From Candidatus Moraniibacteriota bacterium (lineage in GTDB: Bacteria; Patescibacteriota; Minisyncoccia; Moranbacterales; GCA-2747515), in NCBI GenBank assembly GCA_942490825.1, contig CALNYG010000004.1, positions 116,888-180,887 on the forward strand: a stretch of DNA of 64,000 nucleotides, read 5' to 3'. A program made the position numbers and the translations under genes. The number at the start of each line of letters is the position of its first letter. Position 1 is the stretch's first letter. The notes beneath the pieces are model-generated. The model was given only the letters and a program-made list of their open reading frames with translations, made no database searches and was not told the origin of the DNA. Positions 10,434 to 17,611 of this stretch are shown one piece after another.

Positions 10434-12146
10434 CTATTCACTAAAAACTATCTTTTCAATAAATTTTCTAGCATCTTCTAATTCTGAATCACTAGCCAAA
10501 TCTTTTGTTTCTAAAACTTCATTTACCCACTTTGGACCATGATTACCGATACTTTTTACAAAACGTTCTAATTCACCAAGTTCAACAATAAATAATCCAC
10601 TTTTTTCAAATATTTCTTGTAACTCATTAAATTTACTAGTTGGATCACCTGACGGAACAGAGCACTTGCCGTCATCTTTAGCAATTTGCCATGGTGATTT
10701 TACCTTAATGATTTTTCTTATCTCTTTGGCGTCTTTAACAGAAATTATATCATTTGATATTCCATCAATATAATCTTTAATATTTTTTTCTAAACAATCT
10801 TTTCTTAAATTATCTACTGACTTTGAATCTATACTATTTTTAATCAACTTCCAATTACTTTCAACACTAGACCATTCTATCTCCAATGACTCAACAATCC
10901 CCTTTAATGGATTTTGATTATTCAAAACATCAAAATCAACGATCACTGAAACTGGCACTCCTATCTTTTTTAAAGCATTAACTACCGTACTTACCCTATC
11001 TTTACCTCCACAATGAACAAATAATAGATCTGTAGTATAATCATCCCTCTCCTCACAAATAGAATCTAATATCGCTGAATAAAACTTACAATCAGAATCA
11101 CTTTCACAAACGATTACTTTTTTATGAAATAAACCACTTAAAATATTTGAATACTTTAAAATAGGATCTTCCCATACATCTTTAACACCTTCATTATCTA
11201 ATTCACAAATATTATTTACATTTCCTTCTCTATTAATTCTAATTATTTTAACATTAGAATCCTTCTCATCTAACAAACCCTTTAAAAAATCCTCACTGTG
11301 AGTTGAAATAAAAACTTGTTTATCCTTTGTTAAACTTTGAGAAAGCATTTTACCTAGTAATTTTGCTTGAGGTGGATGTAAAAAAGCTTCTGGCTCATCT
11401 ATTAAAAATACAGATTTATAAGAAATTATCATATTAAGTAAAATTCCTACAAAACTTTTCATACCGTCTCCTTGTTCATGTAAAAAAGGCAATTTATCCA
11501 ATTTTTCATTATATTCATTTGAAATTCTATCATTTTCTTTAGTATATTCAATTTTTTCTCCAACATGTAACGGTATCTGATTTCCAGCTCTATAATTTAA
11601 AATAAGACACTCACCAAAAGATTTTTTAAAATAATCATTAATTTCATCTTGCAAATTCTCATCTTTATATAAAAAGTGTATCGGATGTTGCGGTTGTTCT
11701 TTAAAACCAATACTATTAGTTGGACCAACCATACCAAGACGATTTTGAGTATCAATAAAAGAAATAAAAATATTACTTAGCTCTCTTATTCCTTCCGCAT
11801 AACCGTTATAGTAACTTCTTATATTATTTTCATGTAAACTAAACTGATAACCTTCATATGTCTTAAAAGAATCTGCTCCGTATTTTTCTTCTGAAAATGA
11901 TTTTAAAAAATTAATAAAATTGTCATCGTTTCCTCTTTTGGAAATATTAATATTTTTAACTACTATTCCTGCATTTTCTGTGCTCGGATTATTTATAATT
12001 TTTTCTCTGATATTTTTTAAAACAACACTTTTACCTGAATTATTAGGACCAACAAAAACTACAGTACTATTCTCTTCAAGTATTATTTCATTACCATCAT
12101 TAAAAACTATTTTATCAACAAAAAAACTAAATTCATTATTTGACAT
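10434..12146 (-). CDS. OLD-family-like ATPase with a C-terminal Toprim/DUF4435-like nuclease domain
   Basis: Walker A FVGPNNSGKS, signature-like QGDGMKSF, Walker B VFLIDEPEAFLHP and H-loop ISTHSEDF. The C-terminal part has VIVCESDSDCKFY (Toprim Glu), HCGGKD and VIVDFDVL (DxD). Confidence 0.65.
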   Translation of the reverse strand: MSNNEFSFFVDKIVFNDGNEIILEENSTVVFVGPNNSGKSVVLKNIREKIINNPSTENAGIVVKNINISKRGNDDNFINFLKSFSEEKYGADSFKTYEGYQFSLHENNIRSYYNGYAEGIRELSNIFISFIDTQNRLGMVGPTNSIGFKEQPQHPIHFLYKDENLQDEINDYFKKSFGECLILNYRAGNQIPLHVGEKIEYTKENDRISNEYNEKLDKLPFLHEQGDGMKSFVGILLNMIISYKSVFLIDEPEAFLHPPQAKLLGKMLSQSLTKDKQVFISTHSEDFLKGLLDEKDSNVKIIRINREGNVNNICELDNEGVKDVWEDPILKYSNILSGLFHKKVIVCESDSDCKFYSAILDSICEERDDYTTDLLFVHCGGKDRVSTVVNALKKIGVPVSVIVDFDVLNNQNPLKGIVESLEIEWSSVESNWKLIKNSIDSKSVDNLRKDCLEKNIKDYIDGISNDIISVKDAKEIRKIIKVKSPWQIAKDDGKCSVPSGDPTSKFNELQEIFEKSGLFIVELGELERFVKSIGNHGPKWVNEVLETKDLASDSELEDARKFIEKIVFSE

Positions 12147-12195
12147 AAAAGATTGTATAACTTAATTATTTTAAAATATCATAGATTTACAATAT

Positions 12196-12224
12196 AAAAA
12201 GAGCTGGTCGCAAAACCAACTCTT
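12196..12224 (-). terminator. terminator-like hairpin after mreB
   Basis: The minus strand reads AAGAGTTGGT-TTTGCG-ACCAGCTCTT followed by TTTTTAT. This separates mreB from the OLD-like gene. Confidence 0.55.
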
Positions 12225-12230
12225 GAAATC

Positions 12231-13325
12231 CTACTTCAAAGGAATATTAGCCTCATTCTCCACAAGAACCTCCTGTAAGTTCTCCAAATCCTCCAAAACA
12301 ATCCCCGTCCCCCGAGCAACCGCCGTCAAAGGATCATCCATCATCACCACAGGAATCTCAGTCTCACTCGCAATCAATTTACTCAAATCACGAACCAAAC
12401 CACCACCACCAGCCAAAATAATCCCCCGCTGCATAATATCAGCCAAAAGCTCCGGCGGAGTCTCCTCAATAATAGTCTTAATAGAATTAATAATAACCCG
12501 AATCGAACGAGACATCGCTTCTCGAATATCAACATCAGTAATCTTAACTTTCTTCGGCAATCCAGTAACCAAGTCACGACCACGAACATCCATAAATAAT
12601 TCCTTCTCCTGCGGAAAGGCATTCCCAATCGAAATCTTAATTTCCTCAGCTGTCCTCTCACCAACCAATAAATTGAACTCATCACGCATATATCTTACAA
12701 TGTCCTCATTCATCTCATCACCAGCCGTACGCAAAGAACGTGCCACTACAATACCACCCAAAGAAATAACAGCAATCTCACTCGTCCCCCCACCAATATC
12801 CACAATCATATTTCCACCAGCGTCAGTAACAGGCAAACGTGCCCCAATCGAAGCCGCCATCGGCTCATCAATCAAATATGCTTCTCTAGCACCAGCATTC
12901 ATAGCTGCATCAATTACCGCTCGCTTTTCCACCTCTGTAACTCCCGAAGGAATACCAATCAAAACTCTCGGTCGCACAAAAACAGAAGAAGACTTTTTCT
13001 TAACTTTATCAATAAAATATTTAAGCATTTTCTCAGTCACCTCGAAATCGCTGATAACACCATCAACCAAAGGTCGACTCGCTACAATATGAGCAGGCGT
13101 TTTTCCAACCATCTTTCTCGCCTCCGTTCCAATTGCTAAAATTTGATCTGTTTTGGTATTAATCGCTACAACTGATGGTTCATTGATAATAATTCCACTT
13201 CCACTTAAATAAACTAAAGTATTTGCTGTCCCCAAATCTATTCCAATATCCTTTGAAAGATTTCCAAAAAACTTTCCACTCAATCTTTTGTAAATGTTTT
13301 TTAAAAATGTAATTATTTTTCCCAT
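12231..13325 (-). CDS. mreB: rod-shape determining protein MreB
   Basis: Actin-fold motifs DIGIDLGTANTLVY, VDIGGGTSEIAV and ILAGGGGL. I prefer the ATG at 13325 (365 aa) over 13415. Confidence 0.93.
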   Translation of the reverse strand: MGKIITFLKNIYKRLSGKFFGNLSKDIGIDLGTANTLVYLSGSGIIINEPSVVAINTKTDQILAIGTEARKMVGKTPAHIVASRPLVDGVISDFEVTEKMLKYFIDKVKKKSSSVFVRPRVLIGIPSGVTEVEKRAVIDAAMNAGAREAYLIDEPMAASIGARLPVTDAGGNMIVDIGGGTSEIAVISLGGIVVARSLRTAGDEMNEDIVRYMRDEFNLLVGERTAEEIKISIGNAFPQEKELFMDVRGRDLVTGLPKKVKITDVDIREAMSRSIRVIINSIKTIIEETPPELLADIMQRGIILAGGGGLVRDLSKLIASETEIPVVMMDDPLTAVARGTGIVLEDLENLQEVLVENEANIPLK

Positions 13326-13439
13326 AGTTTCTATATAAAATAAACGGTCAATATTCTTATTATGCCTTATTTTAAAGCTTTTGAAAAGGGTTTGTATATT
13401 TTTATTCCAAAACAAATTTTTCCAAATCTTTCTTTTCCT

Positions 13440-14093
13440 TCAAATACAAGGCATTTTTTCAATAAAATCTTTATAATCTTTTAGATCATAATCAAACTGC
13501 TCTAAAATAACATCTTTATCACACAACATTCCATTTCTTTTTCCAAGATAATCTAAAAGACTAGAATATTTCCAATTTTTATTTTTGCCTCCATGAATGA
13601 AATGATTTTGATTTACATAAGCAGATAGATACAAAAGATATTCATTTGAATCAATGTGAATTGACTTGAATTTTCCTTGAAAAAGTGAGCCTGAACGTTT
13701 GTGTTTTTTGTTAAAATACATCGTGTAAGAAGTTCCTAATTTCTGCATAAATCTTTCTACACCCTTATCTGCGTTTTGTTTCAAAATAAAATGATAATGA
13801 TTTGGATTTAAACAATATGCAACAAATTCAACAAGTTTATTCCTACTCTTAAGTTGTTCTTTGAAATTATTTTCAAACACTCCAAGGTTCGACCTTCGGG
13901 GATCCGAAGGTCGAACCTTTTCACGTTGATAATCTCTATAAAGTTGCATCAATCCATTGTTTTCATCATTCAACAAATTCATATTCAAGATAAATCTTTT
14001 GTAATCATCTTCATCCATAAAAACGTCCCTTTTATCAACACCTCGATTATATATATGATAGAATTCTCCATTTACAAATTCTGTTTTTCTCAT
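13440..14093 (-). CDS. REP-associated tyrosine transposase-like protein (RAYT / IS200-like Y1 HUH family)
   Basis: FYHIYNRG, the HUH motif in AYCLNPNHYHFIL, YTMYFNKKHKRSGSLFQGKFKS, catalytic-Tyr region YLLYLSAYVNQN, and WKYSS. I prefer the ATG at 14093; the ORF-track start at 14117 is a TTG. The stop codon is TGA. Confidence 0.85.
   Translation of the reverse strand: MRKTEFVNGEFYHIYNRGVDKRDVFMDEDDYKRFILNMNLLNDENNGLMQLYRDYQREKVRPSDPRRSNLGVFENNFKEQLKSRNKLVEFVAYCLNPNHYHFILKQNADKGVERFMQKLGTSYTMYFNKKHKRSGSLFQGKFKSIHIDSNEYLLYLSAYVNQNHFIHGGKNKNWKYSSLLDYLGKRNGMLCDKDVILEQFDYDLKDYKDFIEKMPCI
13884..13919. repeat. perfect 36-nt palindrome (16-bp arms, 4-nt loop) inside the RAYT-like ORF
   Basis: AAGGTTCGACCTTCGG-GGAT-CCGAAGGTCGAACCTT. 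It is a GC-rich island in an AT-rich gene and is translated in frame as KVRPSDPRRSNL. Confidence 0.95.
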
Positions 14094-14108
14094 AAAAAAA
14101 TTTAAATC

Positions 14109-14144
14109 AAAACTCAATCTTCAAAAACCCAAAGATTGAGTTTT
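14109..14144 (-). terminator. terminator-like hairpin after leuS
   Basis: AAAACTCAATCTT / AAGATTGAGTTTT 12-13 bp stem between the leuS stop (14160) and the RAYT ATG (14093). Confidence 0.5.
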
Positions 14145-14159
14145 AAAATAACTAAACCC

Positions 14160-17036
14160 CTAAACAACAATATTCAATAATCTTCCTTTCACAAAAATAA
14201 CTTTTCGAATTTCTTTACCTTCAATATGATTTTTAACCTTTTCACTTTCCAAAGCTTTTATCTTTACATCTTCTTCAGAAATTTCCGCTTCCACTTTAAT
14301 TTTATCGCGAAGTTTACCATTCACCTGAACGATTAATTCAATTACATCATCTTTAATCATTTCAGGATTAAATTCTGGCCATTCCGCCAAAAATATTGAT
14401 TTTTCATTTTTTAAAACTTCTTGCCAAATTTCTTCAGTCATATGCGGAGCAAACGGTGCAAGTAAAATCAAAAAGTTTTCCAAAGCAGCTTTCGGCAATT
14501 TTTCATGTTTTAACGCCTCATTCACAAAAATCATCATTTGAGAGATCGCTGTGTTAAAACTAAGCTTCTCAACATCTTCCGTAACTTTTTTAATAGTTTT
14601 ATGCAAAGCTGATTTAATTTCTTTCGTAACATCATCACACTTCCCCGCTTCACAATTAATCAATTCTTTCTCTGTACAAACTTTCCAAACTTTTTCTAGA
14701 AATCTATAAACTCCAACAATATTATCTTCATTCCAAACAACATCATCCTCAAGTGGTGCCGCAAACATCATATAACTTCGAACCGCATCCGCTCCAAATC
14801 TTTTCACCATTTCATTTGGATTAATCACATTTCCCTTTGACTTTGACATTTTCACACCCTCTTTATCTAAAACCATTCCTTGATGTCGTAACTTCACAAA
14901 TGGTTCATCAAAATCAATCAAGCCAATTTTTTTCATCGCTTTCACAAAAAATCTTGCATATAAAAGATGCATGTAAGTATGTTCCGCTCCGCCAATATAA
15001 ATATCTATCGGAAACCATTGTTTCAATTTTTCCGCTGAACAAAATTCGTTTTCGTTTTCTGTATCTGGATAACGTAAAAAATACCAAGCTGAATCCACAA
15101 AAGTATCCATCGTATCAACTTCTGGAGTCCAACCTTTTCCGAAGAGTTTTTCCACTCGCTCATGCAATTCTTTTGAGTTTTTCAACGGTGCTTCACCAGT
15201 CGGCACAAAATCTACATCTTCTGGCAAAGTCCATGGTAAATTTTCTTCACCAACAAATTTCGCCTCGCCCTCTGGTGAATAAACAATCGGAATCGGACAA
15301 CCCCAATATCTCTGTCGTGAAACAGACCAATCTCGTAATCGATAAGTTGAAGTCATTTCTCCACCAACAAATTCTGTGATTTTAGTTTTTGCTTCGTCTG
15401 AACTCATTCCGTCGAATTTTTCTGAATTAACTAAAATTCCTTTGTCTGAAAATATAATGTTATTAACAAGCTCATCCCACACAAATAAAAGACCTGGTGC
15501 TGTTAAATTATTTTTGATTTCGTCCTTATTCACCCAAACTATATCATGCTTTCTTTTTTCCTCCTCAATAATATCAATACATTCATCATTTTCTAATTCG
15601 AAATAAAAAGTTCTAAAATGAGCTAGCCTATTCACATTTTTTGGAACGTGAAAAAACTTCGCGTCAAGTTTACTTAATTCTTTAATTAGCTTTAAATTTT
15701 TATAGCCAGTCTCTTCTAGAACTTCCATTCTAGCTGCTTCTTCTGCTGTTTGTCCTTTTTCTATTCCGCCAGTAATAAATGTAGACCAATCAACTTTCTT
15801 CCACTTTAAAATAAGATATTTTTCTTCAGACCAATGCTTAACTATAGCTGTTATAGCATTTCTCTCAACAATTTCTTCATTATCACGAAAGGCATCATCT
15901 CCAGTATCTCTAGTAAAAATTGGTGCAACAACCTGCTTAACTTCTAAATCAAACTTCTTCGCAAACTCAAAATCCCTTTCATCATGTGCAGGTACCGCCA
16001 TAATTGCCCCAGTCCCATAACCCGCCAAAACATAATCCGCAATAAAAACAGGAATTGCCTCACCATTCGCAGGATTAATCGCTTTAATACCTTTCAATTC
16101 AACACCAGTTTTTTCTTTGCTTTCCATTCGATCAAGCTCAGATTTTTTTCTAGTTTCTTCTTGATATTTCTCAACCTCATCATAATTGGAAATTGAAAAT
16201 TGTAAATTGGAAATTAATTCATGTTCTGGAGCCAAAACCATATAAGTCACACCAAAAAGCGTATCCGGACGAGTCGTAAAAACCTCAATCTCCAAATTAC
16301 TATCATTTGAAACGCGATCAATCGACGCTTCTACTTTAAATTTAATTTTAGCACCCTCTGACTTTCCGATCCAAGCCTTTTGATTCTTTTTCGTATGTTC
16401 AGGCCAATCAACTTTATCCAAATCATCAATTAACTCATCCGCAAAATCCGTAATCTTAAAAAACCAACCTGGAACATCCCTCTGTTCAATTTCAGTTTTA
16501 CAACGCTCACATTTTCCACCTTCAACCTGTTCATTCGCAATTCCAGTATTACAACTCGAACACCAATTAATCATATCCGTTTTCTGAACAACTAAATCAT
16601 TCTCAAAAAATTTCCCAAACAAAAATTGCGTCCATTTATAATAAGAAGGATCCGAAGTATAAACCAAATGATCCAAATCATGCCCCAAACCAAGCATTCG
16701 CATCTGTTCCAAATAATTATCAGTATTAACTTTGGTTGTCTCCTTTGGATGAACGCCTGTCTTAATCGCATAATTTTCCGCAGGCAAACCGAAAGAATCA
16801 AATCCTTGTGGATGCAACACATTATATCCCTGCATTTTTTTGAATCGATAAATAATATCTGAAGCCGTGTAAGATTCGGTGTGTCCCATGTGCAAACCAT
16901 CCCCAGACGGATACGGAAACATATCCAAAACATAATAATTCTTTTTCTCAGAATTCTCCTCAACTTTATTCAAATCTTCTTCTCGCCACTTTTCCTGCCA
17001 CTTTTTTTCTATATTTTTGTGCGTATATTTTTCCAT
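14160..17036 (-). CDS. leuS: leucyl-tRNA synthetase with an inserted Nudix-like domain
   Basis: HIGH motif (GLHMGH), KMSKS, CP1 editing motifs TTRPDTLFG and GTGAIMAVPAHDERDFEFA, and YRLRDWSVSRQRYWGCPIP. It is 958 aa, longer than typical because of a roughly 140-aa insertion at residues ~385-530. Confidence 0.95.
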   Translation of the reverse strand: MEKYTHKNIEKKWQEKWREEDLNKVEENSEKKNYYVLDMFPYPSGDGLHMGHTESYTASDIIYRFKKMQGYNVLHPQGFDSFGLPAENYAIKTGVHPKETTKVNTDNYLEQMRMLGLGHDLDHLVYTSDPSYYKWTQFLFGKFFENDLVVQKTDMINWCSSCNTGIANEQVEGGKCERCKTEIEQRDVPGWFFKITDFADELIDDLDKVDWPEHTKKNQKAWIGKSEGAKIKFKVEASIDRVSNDSNLEIEVFTTRPDTLFGVTYMVLAPEHELISNLQFSISNYDEVEKYQEETRKKSELDRMESKEKTGVELKGIKAINPANGEAIPVFIADYVLAGYGTGAIMAVPAHDERDFEFAKKFDLEVKQVVAPIFTRDTGDDAFRDNEEIVERNAITAIVKHWSEEKYLILKWKKVDWSTFITGGIEKGQTAEEAARMEVLEETGYKNLKLIKELSKLDAKFFHVPKNVNRLAHFRTFYFELENDECIDIIEEEKRKHDIVWVNKDEIKNNLTAPGLLFVWDELVNNIIFSDKGILVNSEKFDGMSSDEAKTKITEFVGGEMTSTYRLRDWSVSRQRYWGCPIPIVYSPEGEAKFVGEENLPWTLPEDVDFVPTGEAPLKNSKELHERVEKLFGKGWTPEVDTMDTFVDSAWYFLRYPDTENENEFCSAEKLKQWFPIDIYIGGAEHTYMHLLYARFFVKAMKKIGLIDFDEPFVKLRHQGMVLDKEGVKMSKSKGNVINPNEMVKRFGADAVRSYMMFAAPLEDDVVWNEDNIVGVYRFLEKVWKVCTEKELINCEAGKCDDVTKEIKSALHKTIKKVTEDVEKLSFNTAISQMMIFVNEALKHEKLPKAALENFLILLAPFAPHMTEEIWQEVLKNEKSIFLAEWPEFNPEMIKDDVIELIVQVNGKLRDKIKVEAEISEEDVKIKALESEKVKNHIEGKEIRKVIFVKGRLLNIVV

Positions 17037-17126
17037 ATTTTTACGATAAATGTTAGGTTTTAAAACGTTATTTTATTCTTCTATCCTACCGCAAAATTTA
17101 ACTTTATTCAAATTTTCAAAAGAAAT

Positions 17127-17151
17127 AAAGTGCTCGCCGCACGGGCTTTTT
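17127..17151 (+). repeat. GC-box repeat copy 1 (AAAGTGCTCGCCGCACGGGCTTTTT)
   Basis: Exact consensus copy, about 90 nt upstream of the leuS start. Confidence 0.9.
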
Positions 17152-17196
17152 AAATTAAAACTTTTAAGATTTTACAAAATGATGATTATGATGTAA

Positions 17197-17233
17197 AATA
17201 TACAATCATGATTATTAATCGTGATTGTATATT
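17197..17233. promoter_or_regulatory. perfect 12-bp inverted repeat (candidate operator)
   Basis: AATATACAATCA-N13-TGATTGTATATT, about 45 nt upstream of the small Zn-ribbon ORF. Confidence 0.35.
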
Positions 17234-17277
17234 TATGTTCGTCCTGTCTAATTTAATTGAAAATTGGAGGAAAAAGA

Positions 17278-17463
17278 ATGGAGTTTATCAAAAAAGGCAA
17301 GGTTCCAAAAGAAGAATTTTGGGTTGGAACTTGCAATAAATGCAACAGCATATTAAGGGCAGAGGGTTCAGAATTGAAAATAACTGATGATCAACTTTTT
17401 GCTCATGCTGACTGTAAGTTGTGTGGAAAAGATGTCTGGTTTGATCTTGAAAAAGATCAATAA
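17278..17463 (+). CDS. small zinc-ribbon protein (hypothetical)
   Basis: CNKCNS...CKLCGK pairs. A GGAGG RBS lies 8 nt upstream of the ATG at 17278, and a terminator follows. Confidence 0.55.
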   Translation: MEFIKKGKVPKEEFWVGTCNKCNSILRAEGSELKITDDQLFAHADCKLCGKDVWFDLEKDQ

Positions 17464-17472
17464 AGAAACAAT

Positions 17473-17512
17473 AAACCGCCCAAGGAGGAAATCTTTAAAA
17501 GGGCGGTTTTTT
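17473..17512 (+). terminator. rho-independent terminator
   Basis: AAACCGCCC / GGGCGGTTT stem followed by a T-run. Confidence 0.6.
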
Positions 17513-17611
17513 AATTTTATAAAAATAATTTCAAAATTTCAGTTGTAAACATCCCCTCTTTCTGCTACCATAAAAGCATCAAAAAGTCCTTAATTTTAAC
17601 AAAAAAACTCA

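Noticed and set aside
12223-13092. 289-aa plus-strand ORF overlapping mreB
   Set aside because: It is antisense to a strongly supported mreB. Its product is low-complexity and S/I/T/P-rich with no motifs, which is a typical shadow ORF of a conserved, relatively GC-richer gene.
12231-13325. Locally elevated GC in mreB (and in dnaJ and rnpB) as a sign of horizontal transfer
   Set aside because: These are highly conserved, highly expressed or structured genes in which amino-acid or structure constraints raise GC. The flanks show no mobile-element signatures tied to them.
17037-17126. T-box or other leader riboswitch upstream of leuS
   Set aside because: The leader is only about 90 nt and AT-rich. 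I could not find a specifier-loop/T-box (AGGGUGGNACC-like) sequence or an antiterminator architecture.
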